Virus record (IMG/VR): IMGVR_UViG_3300027858_000004
Span: 32,001-96,000 of that record
DNA from: a virus
Taxonomy: Duplodnaviria; Caudoviricetes
Length of the DNA stretch: 64,000 bases
Strand: one strand, 5' to 3'
Shown: positions 54,306 to 64,000 of the stretch, piece by piece
Numbering within the stretch: position 1 is the first letter of the stretch
How the letters are laid out: each line of letters starts with the position of its first letter
The notes under the pieces: model-generated
Seen by the model: the letters and a program-made list of their open reading frames with translations, nothing else
Database searches by the model: none
Told to the model about the DNA's origin: nothing
Position numbers and translations under genes: made by a program

Positions 54306-57300
54306 ATGACAATTATCACAAAAGACAGAAACTCACATGTTCAAAAGTCGGAGTTTATGTTGGAAAGATTTGAGCGTTTCTTTAATGAAATTATAGAGGA
54401 CTCAGAAAAACAATATGACCAAGACATTCTTAATACAATCAAAGAAAACGTATTGGACTACGTTGAATCAAAAGAAGAGGTTGAAGCAGATAAGCTTTTT
54501 GATTTAATTATCAGAGCATCTAATGACCAAATCTCCGAGAAGAATCCTGATTTCACTTATTTAAGTGCATCAGCATTGCGCAGAAAGATTTATAAACAAG
54601 CATCTAAAAATCGTGGTTTTGATTATAAAAACGGATATGGAGATTACTATTCATTCGTTATCCAGATGGTTGAGCAAGGAATTTATGATGAAGACATTTT
54701 AACTTCCTATACCGAAGCAGAAATTAGAAGAGTAGGTAAATTAATCAACATTGGCAAAGATAAGAAGTTCAGTTATGCAGGATTATTTATGCTTAACAAC
54801 ACTTACTTGAAAAAGGGATACAGAGGAGAAGTATTGGAGCTACCACAAGAGCGCTTCTTAACATCTGCTTTATACTTCATGAAAGACGAGAAGAAAACTA
54901 AGCGTTTTGAGTTTGTTCGTGAAGCTTATTGGGCATTGTCTAATCACTTCATTGGTTTGGCAACCCCTTCATTGTTAAATGCTGGCGCAACTAATGGAAC
55001 ACTCTCATCTTGCCATATTATTACCCCTAATGATGATTTAATGAGCATTATGGAAAGTTTGAAACAGACAGCCAAGTTCTCACAAAATGGAGCTGGAATT
55101 GGAATTTATATGGGATTCTTACGTGCAAGTGGTTCGTGGATTCGTGGATACAAAGGTCGTGCAACTGGGGTTCTACATCCTTCACGCTTAACTAGTACAT
55201 TAGCTGAGTATGTAAATCAACTTGGCGCTAGACCTGCTGGAATAGCTTTGTATTTACCTGTGTGGCATTTAGATGTATTTGACTTCTTAGATTTACGATT
55301 GAAAACTGGGTCACAAGAGAAACGTGCTCACACTATTAAAACTGCTGTAACTGTACCAGATGAGTTTATGCGCAGATTGAAAGCTAAGCAAAACTTCACT
55401 CTCTTTGACCCATATGAATTTAAGAAGAAAATGGGAGTGGACTTGAACCGCTTGTTCGATAAAAAGAAATTGATGGATGGAGAAGAACCCAATAAAGTTG
55501 ACCATGCTTTCACTTACTGGTATCGCAAAGCAGAAGAAGACAAAACATTTGAGCTTAGTCGTGTTGTAAGCACAACTGAGATTTACAAATCAATCTTTGC
55601 ATCACGTAAAACTGGTGGAACACCTTACATGTACTACTCTGACATCTCAGCACGAATGAATCCTAATGAGCACATGGGAATGCCTTTTGGTTCTAATCTG
55701 TGTTAATTATTAGCACCTTTGAGAAGTGATTCTCATAGCAAACCCATCTAAACAGGGGAACTCTCATGGCATTGAGACAATCCTGTGCTAAATACTCGAT
55801 ATTGACAAATAAATGATATGGATGTGAAAAACAATGATTTATGATGTATATTCAATTACATGCTTAGCAAATGGCAGGGTGTATTTTGGTCGCTCTCAGG
55901 AGATAGGAAAAAGATGGAGAGCACATGTGAACATGCTTAGAAAGTCGGTTCATAACAACTTACTTCTTCAATCTGACTGGAATGAATATGGTGAGCCAAA
56001 CTTTACATTCAAGATAATCCATTCAACAGAATCTCTAGAAGAGTCTGTAGATATTGAGCAATCATACATTGATTCCAGCGCCTATGAAAAATATAACATT
56101 TCTGATGCAAAAGACGGTGGAAATACATTTACAAATAACCCCAGAAGCGAAGTTACTAGAAAGTTAAAAAGCTATAACACCACTGGGGAGAGAAATCCAA
56201 TGTATGGAAAACCGAAATCAGAAAAAATGATAAGTAGAGTTAAAGAGGCAAATTCCAAGCCTGTGGTGGTTGAAGGTGTTCTTTATCCAAGCTCAGTAGA
56301 AGTTAGCAAGGCAACTGGGATAAAAACTACAACAATAAACTACAGATTGCAATCCAAATCTCCAAGATTTAAAGATTGGAATTATGCATAAAAAGCAATA
56401 TCGAGTTAAATGCCAAACGACTATCGAAAGGGTAGCTTACATCGAGAGGATATAAGTGAGAACCGAGTAGAGTACACTCAAGCGAGTGGAAAAGATGGGA
56501 ATCTGTAGTAACGATACAGATTATGATATAGTCTAGCCTCTATAGTGATGTAGAGCAGTCTAGAGACGGTTGTGACATTAGCGATGTTACAGCGAATATA
56601 AGCGAGTGAGATTATTCAAAATATGGATTATGACCGAGTTGAGTCAGAAGAGTTGGATAAAGAAGGCTTCTTAGTTACTAAGACAAAGGGTGAAGGATTA
56701 GTTACATGTAACTTATCGTCATTGGTATTAAACAACATATTTGGAAAAGGCAATGAACATGTTGACTTGCAAAAGGTTGTTGATATCCAGTTTAGAATGT
56801 TGGATAACGTTATCACACTAAATCGCACAGTTGTTCCACAAGCCACACACACTAATAGACTTTATCGTGCTGTTGGGGCAGGAGCTATGGGGCTAGTTAC
56901 TCTAATGACATCTGAGGGTATTCGCTGGGAGTCTAATGAAGCATCTGAATTCACAGAGAATATTTTTAAGCAATATTTAATGGCTTCAATTAAAGCATCG
57001 TCAAAACTGGCAGAAGAGAAAGGTTCTTATCCTTATTACGAAGGCTCAGATTGGAACACAGGAGCATTCTTTGATAAGCGTGGATTCGTTTCTGATGAGT
57101 GGAATGAGGTTCGTGATTTAGCTTCTAAGGGCATGAGAAATGCTTACTTGATGGCTATTGCTCCGACATCTTCAAACTCAATCATGATGAATAGTAGTCC
57201 AAGTATTGACCCTCCGTATGCTGTTATCTACAGAGAAGAGAAGTCTGGACTTAATGTTATCATTGTTCCTTCTAACTACAATAATCAAACAAAATGGTTT

Positions 57301-57531
57301 TATAAGTCTGGTTTTGAAATGGATGAAATGTGGGCAATTAAAGTTGTTGCGGCAGCTCAAAAATACATTGACCAAGCTATCAGCCACAACATGCATGTTT
57401 CCAAGTCTATTAAAGGTTCTGAGCTATTGAGACTGGATATGGGTGTTTGGGAAAACGGCATAAAAACTACTTATTACACATACACAGAAGACTACGTGTT
57501 GGATGATACTTGTGTAATGTGCAGTTCATAA
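54306..57531 (+). CDS. nrdE: Class I ribonucleotide reductase alpha subunit, spliced join(54306..55703,56605..57531), 774 aa
   Basis: ELPQERF, ATPSL, SSC, GSNLC/SEI restored by splicing, TCNLSS, IAPTSS, C-terminal CxxC. Confidence 0.93.
55704..56604 (+). mobile_element. Group I intron in RNR alpha
   Basis: P1 GTGT/TAA..TTAGCAC with U-G at the splice site, P7 GACTAT/ATAGTC, terminal G before AGT GAG ATT. Confidence 0.92.
55834..56391 (+). CDS. Intron-encoded GIY-YIG endonuclease with NUMOD3 motif
   Basis: DVYSI..VYFG..RW..H, YN, GERNPMYGKPKS; enclosed by the CTCGATATTG/CAATATCGAG stem. Confidence 0.88.
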   Translation: MIYDVYSITCLANGRVYFGRSQEIGKRWRAHVNMLRKSVHNNLLLQSDWNEYGEPNFTFKIIHSTESLEESVDIEQSYIDSSAYEKYNISDAKDGGNTFTNNPRSEVTRKLKSYNTTGERNPMYGKPKSEKMISRVKEANSKPVVVEGVLYPSSVEVSKATGIKTTTINYRLQSKSPRFKDWNYA

Positions 57532-57546
57532 AGGAGAACAGTTAAA

Positions 57547-58638
57547 ATGAAGAATTTTAGAGTTTATGATGGAGAAGCAAGCAATTCAGCTACAAAAGTA
57601 TTCGGAGGGAAGTCAAGTGGGATACGTGATTGGGACAAAATCAAGTATCCTCAGATGCTTGACCTAAACAAATCATTATTCGCAGAGTACTGGAATGAAG
57701 ATGAAATAAAATTATCAAAAGACATTGAAGAGTATCGTGAAAAACTAAATGACACAGAAAGACGAGTGTTCAATATTATCTCTGGAAAGTTAAACTGGCT
57801 AGATTCAATAGCAACTGATTTTAACTTTGTACTTGGATACTTATGCACTGACTCATCTGTGCGCTCTGTTATTGCCATGATTGATTCGTTTGAGCAATTG
57901 CACAATAGAAGTTATCAATATTTAACTTCTTCTATGTTAAATCAACAAGAGAAGGAACAGGCTTTTGAAGAAACAAAAAGAATTCCTGAATTAGTTCACA
58001 GAAATGAACTGGTCATTACACCCATTCAAGATATGGTCGATAAAGCAAAACAATATCTATTCTTAGAAGAGGGTGAGGAACCATCCGATGAGCTATTAGA
58101 ATCTATCGCTTTTGGGGTTTTATCTAATATGATTCTTGAAGGTCTTTATTTCTCAGGTGGATTCACTTATTTCCATTCTTTAGCTCGTGACCAAAAAATG
58201 ATTGGCTCAAACAATATGATTCAACTTATTCGAGATGATGAGAATCAACATTCTACGTTCTATGGCATGTTGTTCCAAATTGTTATGGGTGAGAATCCAC
58301 AATTGGCAACTCCAGAGAACTATAAAAAAGCTTTGGACTACGTTGTTGAGGCAGTGAATCGTGAGAAGGTTTGGGCTACCTATATATTCCAAGGTATTGA
58401 TACTTTATCTATTAAAGAGTATCACAACTATGTTGAGTATTTGGCTAATCTAATTTGTCGTAACGCTGGTATCGAAGAACCTTATCCAGAAAATGAACAG
58501 CTAAAATCTCAATGGATTAACACCTATGGGAAGAAGAAGCGTTCAGGAGAAGCAAATGAAATCGTAACTAGAACAGATTTCCTTCAAGGTAATGCAATCA
58601 ACTATGCTCACGAAGGTGGGGAGGACTTTGACCTCTAA
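57547..58638 (+). CDS. nrdF: Ribonucleotide reductase beta subunit
   Basis: LDS, EQLHNRSY, LEGLYF, DENQH metal and radical motifs. Confidence 0.92.
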   Translation: MKNFRVYDGEASNSATKVFGGKSSGIRDWDKIKYPQMLDLNKSLFAEYWNEDEIKLSKDIEEYREKLNDTERRVFNIISGKLNWLDSIATDFNFVLGYLCTDSSVRSVIAMIDSFEQLHNRSYQYLTSSMLNQQEKEQAFEETKRIPELVHRNELVITPIQDMVDKAKQYLFLEEGEEPSDELLESIAFGVLSNMILEGLYFSGGFTYFHSLARDQKMIGSNNMIQLIRDDENQHSTFYGMLFQIVMGENPQLATPENYKKALDYVVEAVNREKVWATYIFQGIDTLSIKEYHNYVEYLANLICRNAGIEEPYPENEQLKSQWINTYGKKKRSGEANEIVTRTDFLQGNAINYAHEGGEDFDL

Positions 58639-59044
58639 GAAACTACTTGTCTACTATTCAATGACTGGAAATACTAAAGCTATGATTCCATTCTTTGAAG
58701 CCCTAAATTTTGATTTGATTGATATTAGAAAGGTTGACTCCATAGATTTTGAACCTTATGAGTTCATAGCTTTTGGTACGTCTACTTGGGGGAGAGGTCT
58801 TCCTCCAAAACCCTTCTTTAAACTTAGGGATGATATTGTAAAAATAAAAGGCAAGTCTATTGGATTGTTTGGAAGTGGAAGAAGTGAGTATGAGTTCTTT
58901 TGTGGAGCTTTAGACCTTTTAGAAGAGCTACTTCAAAGTGGTAATAATAAAATAGTATTTAAGTATAAATACGAAGGTTATCCAAGGGAAATTGACTTTG
59001 GAAACATGAAGAAAAACATTAAAAATTTGGAGGAACTATTATGA
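58628..59044 (+). CDS. Flavodoxin (likely NrdI-like role)
   Basis: YYSMTGNT, GTSTWG.G, FGSG...Y..FCGA. Confidence 0.88.
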   Translation: MTSKKLLVYYSMTGNTKAMIPFFEALNFDLIDIRKVDSIDFEPYEFIAFGTSTWGRGLPPKPFFKLRDDIVKIKGKSIGLFGSGRSEYEFFCGALDLLEELLQSGNNKIVFKYKYEGYPREIDFGNMKKNIKNLEELL

Positions 59045-59304
59045 CAAAAAGACTATTAAAATTTGAAGGCGCTTCTTGTGGAGCATGTAAATCAGCACAG
59101 AGTTTATTAGATAGCATTGATGCACCTATAGAAAAAATTGACGTGGGCGAAAGTCCACATTTGGCAGCACAGTATGACATTGGTGGAATTCCAACATTTA
59201 TTTTACTTGATGGAGATGACACTGAGTTAGATAGAATGATTGGATATAATCCCAATCGTTCATCTGAGCTATTAAATCTAGTAAACAAATTAAAAACTAT
59301 ATAA
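59041..59304 (+). CDS. Thioredoxin/NrdH-like redoxin
   Basis: CGAC, IPTFI. Confidence 0.85.
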   Translation: MTKRLLKFEGASCGACKSAQSLLDSIDAPIEKIDVGESPHLAAQYDIGGIPTFILLDGDDTELDRMIGYNPNRSSELLNLVNKLKTI

Positions 59305-59349
59305 TTTAAAACAAAATAAGACAAAACTAAAACAAGAGGAGAAATAATA

Positions 59350-60090
59350 ATGCAAACAATGCAATTCGTTAAAATTAATTTACAGGATATCGTATTCGAT
59401 AAAGGGTCTAAGCAACATGGTAAAGTTAAATATATTGATAATCCAACTCGCACAGCTAAAATTGAGGTCATCATTAGTAAAGATGAGAAAGCAGGGGAAC
59501 GCACAACACGTTTAATTGAAGCTAGACTTTCTAATTTAGTTGTGGTTGAAGAAGCTAAAAAAAAGCCTAGCCATGACCCTAATAAATGGTGGTCATTAGT
59601 TAAGATGTTCCATAAAGCTTTTAATCACCCTGTAGAAGAAAAACCAACTCAAATGGGATTAGAAAGAGCTACGGATAGAGCTGTTTGGACTGGGGAAGAA
59701 GCGTTAGTTGAATTCATTCATGCTTCATCCAATAATAAAGAAGAGTTTGATGAGGCATATAAAATGTTGATTGCTGGATTAGATAAGGCTAAAATAAAAT
59801 CAGATGCAATGGAATTCTATGAAGAGGGAGTACCACGTATCGTAGCTCAGTCAGATGCTTTAATTGATGCTCTATATTTCATCATGGGTTCACTTGTGGA
59901 AATGGGAGTTAAGCCAGATAAGCTAATGGATGCTGTTCAAGATGCTAACATGAGTAAATTGTTTACTGATGAAAATGGTAAGAAGTATGCTAAATATCGT
60001 GAGGAAGATGGAAAAATCCTTAAGTCTCCAGACTTCTTCCAACCAGAGCCAGAGTTGTTAAGAGAAATCTTGCGCCAAATGAATAAATAA
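59350..60090 (+). CDS. MazG-like all-alpha NTP pyrophosphatase with extra N-terminal domain
   Basis: FHKAF, EE..E, DALID..YF..G, VQDANMSK..DGKILK. Confidence 0.8.
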   Translation: MQTMQFVKINLQDIVFDKGSKQHGKVKYIDNPTRTAKIEVIISKDEKAGERTTRLIEARLSNLVVVEEAKKKPSHDPNKWWSLVKMFHKAFNHPVEEKPTQMGLERATDRAVWTGEEALVEFIHASSNNKEEFDEAYKMLIAGLDKAKIKSDAMEFYEEGVPRIVAQSDALIDALYFIMGSLVEMGVKPDKLMDAVQDANMSKLFTDENGKKYAKYREEDGKILKSPDFFQPEPELLREILRQMNK

Positions 60091-60095
60091 GATAC

Positions 60096-60129
60096 AATAG
60101 AAGAGGAGTAATTCCTCTTCTATTTTTTA
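60096..60129 (+). terminator. Intrinsic terminator
   Basis: AATAGAAGAGGA/TCCTCTTCTATT followed by a T-run. Confidence 0.85.
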
Positions 60130-60172
60130 TATATAATAATAAAAACTATTTAATGAAATATAAATAAACAGG

Positions 60173-60201
60173 TTGACAACTGGTTTTTATTATGTTATGC
60201 T
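60173..60201 (+). promoter_or_regulatory. SigA-type promoter for the sigma factor gene
   Basis: TTGACA-17bp-TATGCT. Confidence 0.7.
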
Positions 60202-60281
60202 ATTAATAGATTAAAAGAAGTTGTTTAATCTGATTTATAAACTAGATAATGACATAAAACATAAGAAAAGAGGACGTATAA

Positions 60282-60917
60282 ATGGTAACAGCAATGGCAG
60301 AGGAACTCCCACCAGAAGAAGGTATGGATTTTTCAAACTTAACAAGTGAAAACGTAGCACAACTAATTGAAAAGTATAAGTATTTGGTTCCAATAACAAT
60401 TAGTAAAAGATTTAACGCAGAAGGGCTTTTAAGATATCATGGTCTAGGTAAAGATGATTTGGTGCAGTTTGGAACGATTGGATTGGTTGACGCTATAAAT
60501 AGCTATGACCCAAACAGAGGGGCAAAACTAAAGTCTCATATTATTTCATATATTTATCGCTATATAATACACTACTCACAAAAAGATTCTTTATATAATA
60601 AAAACAACTATAGCTTTGATTTGCTTAGAACTGTTAGCTTAGATGTTGATAATGATGATGAAGAGGACGTATTCTCAAGAGACGCAATAGAATCTGAATA
60701 TCTAAAGGATGATGGCTTCATCAGAAAATCAGAGATAAATATAATGTTCGAGCGACTGGAAGGTATTATACCAGAAAAAGCTATTAGGATTATTGGATTG
60801 CGCTTACAGGGATATACTAATCTTGAGGTATCAGAGATGGAAGGAATTACTCGACAAGCAGTTCAAAGAATGCTGAAAAGAAACAAGATGTATATTTTAA
60901 ATGCTATAAATGAATAA
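60282..60917 (+). CDS. Sigma-70 family RNA polymerase sigma factor
   Basis: Region 2 DDLVQFGTIGLVDAINSYDPNRG; region 4 GYTNLEVSEMEGITRQAV. Confidence 0.85.
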   Translation: MVTAMAEELPPEEGMDFSNLTSENVAQLIEKYKYLVPITISKRFNAEGLLRYHGLGKDDLVQFGTIGLVDAINSYDPNRGAKLKSHIISYIYRYIIHYSQKDSLYNKNNYSFDLLRTVSLDVDNDDEEDVFSRDAIESEYLKDDGFIRKSEINIMFERLEGIIPEKAIRIIGLRLQGYTNLEVSEMEGITRQAVQRMLKRNKMYILNAINE

Positions 60918-60965
60918 TAAAATTTCTTTAAAAGTTAGTTAATGACAACAAATAGGAGGATTTAG

Positions 60966-63069
60966 ATGAATAAGGTAGATGAAATGTTTATTGAGGATTT
61001 AGAAGAAATTCTTAAGCAAGATTGGGAAGTAGACAATAGGGCTAAGTGGCTTGATGGTACACAGACAAAGACAAAACGTATTATTCAATCAGTAAATAGA
61101 TATGACTTGTCAGAAGGGTTTCCAATCTTTAATCTTCGTGAAATTAATTGGAAACTTCCTATCGATGAAATTATTTGGATAATGATTAAACAGTCTAATA
61201 ACATTAAAGATTTGAATAGTAAGATATGGAACTCTTGGGCAAATGAAAATGGCGATATTGAAAAAGCATATGGCTATCAAATTGCAAAGCCTACTATGGG
61301 GCATCCATCTCAGATGCACTATGTAATAAATGAGATTAAAACAAATCCAACAAGCAGACGTATTATGATAAATATGTTCTCAGCAGAAGAGCAATTAACT
61401 AAAGCTACTGAATCATTGGTTGAGTGTGCATATGCAATCCACTTAAGCGTAAAGAATGGAAAGCTTGATATGACTCTGATTCAGCGTTAACTTTGAGCGC
61501 CTATAAGAAGTAATTCTTATAGCAAACCTGCCTAAACGGGGAAACTCTCAACTTGAGACAATCCCGTACTAAATCTGTGAGAGGATTTACAAAGGAGCAT
61601 TGTTAATTTGTACTATTTATACACAATCACAAATAAAAAAACGAACAAGAAATATCTTGGTATGACCTCGAATCCACACCAGCGAGAAAGCAGACATTTT
61701 AGCGATTTAAGAGGAAATAGGCATCATTGTGCATATTTGCAAAGGTCGTTCAATAAACATGGTGAAGAAAACTTTGTGTTTGAAATAATTTTCGAGAATA
61801 TGACGGAAGAAAAAGCATCTAGAATAGAAGAAATGTATCTAGTCAATCACTATGACAATTTATACAATACCTCTAAAAAATCAGGAGGTGGAGATTTAAT
61901 AAGCTACCATCCAGAGATAGATAGAATCAAAGAGCAACATAGCATTGCTGGTTTAATTTGGTGGAAAACCAAAAGCGAAGAAGAGAAGAAGGAATTTGGC
62001 GATAAATTTAGAGGTGAAAAGAATGCGATGTATGGAAGAACACACGCTCCAGAAGCACGAGAAAAAATATCAAGTGCACATAAAGGAAGAAAAATATCAG
62101 AAGAGCGAAAGAAGACTATTTCAGAAGCCCAAAGAGAAAGATTTTCTGTTTTAGGGGAGCGAGAAAAAGTTTCGGAAAGAAACAGGAAAAGGTATGAAGA
62201 CCCTGAAGAAAGAAATAAAACATCTTTAGCTAATAAGAAAAGATTTGAGAACCCAGAAGAAAGAGAAACCATTCGGAAAGCTTCTCGCAAGAGAAATCAA
62301 AAAGACTATAAAGTTTTCTTTCCCGATGGAGATACAATGGAATTTACAAACTTAATCGATATCATTGAATACTTTATGGAAAATCATTCGATAGGTAGGT
62401 GGACAATAAATAGTTTGCTTAAAACAGGTCAGACATGGAATCCTTTTTATGAGAAACATAAATATTTAACTGGGTTAAAGATAACCGTAAATGAAAATAA
62501 GAGTAAAAATTAATAAATCCTCTCACAGTAAATGTCGAACGACTATCCCATCGGTGGTGAAATTCCACATTAGGAGTAGGGCACAAGTTAACGGTGTGGG
62601 CGAAAACCCCTTAAATCGAAACGGTAGGTATCCTCTATAAGAGAATAGAAGGATAGTGATATAGTCTAATCTCATAGGCGACTATGAGCGGTTTATTCAA
62701 GCAGAGAATAAACGGTATAAGTGTTACGAGCTTATATGAATATAAATGTCAGGAGATTTCTTAACTGCTGCTGGAGCTGGTGGATGGAATGTGGTTCAGT
62801 ATGCATTCTTACAACATGCAATTGCTAAAGAGTGTGGATTGGAGGCTGGTATTTTACTTCATGTGGTACAAGACTTACATCTATACAATAAACACACAGA
62901 GCAAGCAGCAGAATTAATTAAAAGATATGCCGAAGATACAGGTGAGCTGAATACAAAAGTACAGATTAAAATTTCAGATAAACCATTCTTTGAGCTAACG
63001 GCTGATGATGTTGAGTTAATTGGGTACGAGCCAAAAGGTAAGATTGATAAACTGGATGTTGCTATATAG
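60966..63069 (+). CDS. thyA: Thymidylate synthase, spliced join(60966..61487,62749..63069), 280 aa
   Basis: IWNSWA, AYGYQ, PTSRR, QR/SGD restored by splicing, WNVVQY, DLHLYNKH. Confidence 0.92.
61488..62748 (+). mobile_element. Group I intron in thyA
   Basis: P1 GCGT/T..AGCGC with U-G, P7 GACTAT/ATAGTC, terminal G before TCA GGA GAT. Confidence 0.92.
61608..62513 (+). CDS. Intron-encoded GIY-YIG endonuclease with NUMOD3 repeats
   Basis: YLYTI..KYLG..R..RH, LYN, GEKNAMYGRTH; enclosed by the 15-bp CTGTGAGAGGATTTA/TAAATCCTCTCACAG stem. Confidence 0.88.
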   Translation: MYYLYTITNKKTNKKYLGMTSNPHQRESRHFSDLRGNRHHCAYLQRSFNKHGEENFVFEIIFENMTEEKASRIEEMYLVNHYDNLYNTSKKSGGGDLISYHPEIDRIKEQHSIAGLIWWKTKSEEEKKEFGDKFRGEKNAMYGRTHAPEAREKISSAHKGRKISEERKKTISEAQRERFSVLGEREKVSERNRKRYEDPEERNKTSLANKKRFENPEERETIRKASRKRNQKDYKVFFPDGDTMEFTNLIDIIEYFMENHSIGRWTINSLLKTGQTWNPFYEKHKYLTGLKITVNENKSKN

Positions 63070-63084
63070 AAAGGGGATAAATAA

Positions 63085-63891
63085 ATGACACAAATAATGG
63101 AAGCTTTAGAAACACAGAAGAAAAGATTGGAAGCACATGGCTATACGGTGGCTTATATTTGTCTCTATGGCTCACAAAACTATGAGCTAGATATTAACAA
63201 CATAGATTATCAGTCGGACATAGATATGAAAGCTATAGTCGTTCCTACTTTAGATGATTTGGTAAGAAATAGCAAACCAATGTCTACAGTAGTTGAAACA
63301 GAATGGGGTCAATGTGATATCAAAGATATCAGACCATATTTCCAGACTCTGCTAAAGGCAAATCCATCTTACATCGAAACACTATTTTCAAAGTATTATA
63401 TTGTTGATGAAGCATTTGAGAATGAATTTATCACCATCTTTAACAAGAGAGAGATACTGGTTGATGCTTTAAAAGCCCAATCTATTCGTGCAATATATGG
63501 GATGATGTGTGAGAAAGAAAAAGCACTATGTCATCCATATCCATCGATTGCACATAAGATTGAAAAGTATGGATTTGATGGCAAACAACTATCCCATGCA
63601 CATAGACTTTGGTTGATGATGAACTACTATTATATTGAAAATAAGCCATTAGCTGATTGTTTTACCCATAATAAAATAAACAGTGAGAAGCTTATCGATA
63701 TGAAGTTGAACAGACACTCATTAGAATATGCGAAGTCAAGCATGGAAGAGATTATGGTAAAAGCAAAAACTTTGAGGGATGAAGTTTTATTGAAAATTGA
63801 TGAAAAGACCACCGACTACTCAATTAAAGATGAGTTTTTAGCATTGTCACAAGACATTATTAAAGCAAAAATAATGGACGAGTGCGCATGA
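63085..63891 (+). CDS. Pol-beta superfamily nucleotidyltransferase (RlaP/YcgL-like)
   Basis: LYGSQNY..SDID motif; KANPSYIE. Confidence 0.8.
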   Translation: MTQIMEALETQKKRLEAHGYTVAYICLYGSQNYELDINNIDYQSDIDMKAIVVPTLDDLVRNSKPMSTVVETEWGQCDIKDIRPYFQTLLKANPSYIETLFSKYYIVDEAFENEFITIFNKREILVDALKAQSIRAIYGMMCEKEKALCHPYPSIAHKIEKYGFDGKQLSHAHRLWLMMNYYYIENKPLADCFTHNKINSEKLIDMKLNRHSLEYAKSSMEEIMVKAKTLRDEVLLKIDEKTTDYSIKDEFLALSQDIIKAKIMDECA

Positions 63892-64000
63892 GTGTAATAG
63901 GAAAGAAAACTAAAAGCAGAGGATTGTGGTTGATGAATCCTACTACAAAAGTTAGAGATAGTAAGAAGAAATATGACAGAAAAGAAAGCAAAAAAGAAAT

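Noticed and set aside
54306-63069. nrdE and thyA as pseudogenes or naturally split genes
   Set aside because: In-frame stops coincide with group I intron 5' ends, and splicing restores the catalytic motifs.
392-63812. Minus-strand ORFs in the six-frame track
   Set aside because: Nearly all are antisense shadows of well-supported + strand genes, with no recognisable motifs or convincing RBS.
1-64000. tRNA/rRNA genes, integrase, virion structural genes, alternative genetic code
   Set aside because: None recognised by eye; genes read normally with the standard bacterial code.

Overview
AT-rich, almost entirely + strand segment of a large Bacillus-type (SPbeta-like) phage or prophage. It covers the early accessory region and the DNA replication and nucleotide metabolism region. 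Core genes: RusA-like resolvase, YorF-like putative SSB, YorG-like AAA ATPase, YorH-like protein, DnaB helicase, primase, RecJ, DnaE, 3D-domain protein, ATP-dependent ligase, class I RNR with flavodoxin and thioredoxin, MazG-like NTP pyrophosphatase, sigma factor, ThyA and a nucleotidyltransferase. Three group I introns with homing endonucleases interrupt the ATPase, RNR alpha and thyA genes. Accessory cargo includes an ABC transporter/PspA-like/SBP-OmpA operon, pnuC-HNH-nadR, probable anti-defence genes (Gad1-like, Apyc1-like, macrodomain, SLOG) and roughly 100 small ORFs. Main unexplained signal: more than 20 copies of an 18-bp imperfect palindrome, ATAAAA-N6-TTTTAT, sit between the stop codon of one small accessory gene and the RBS of the next. 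I found none at core-gene junctions. This suggests an integron-like gene-cassette system. Also present are a second repeated box overlapping the -35 of about 10 SigA-type promoters and a tandem NrdR-box pair ahead of the replication genes. All homology calls come from motif recognition by eye; no database searches were run.
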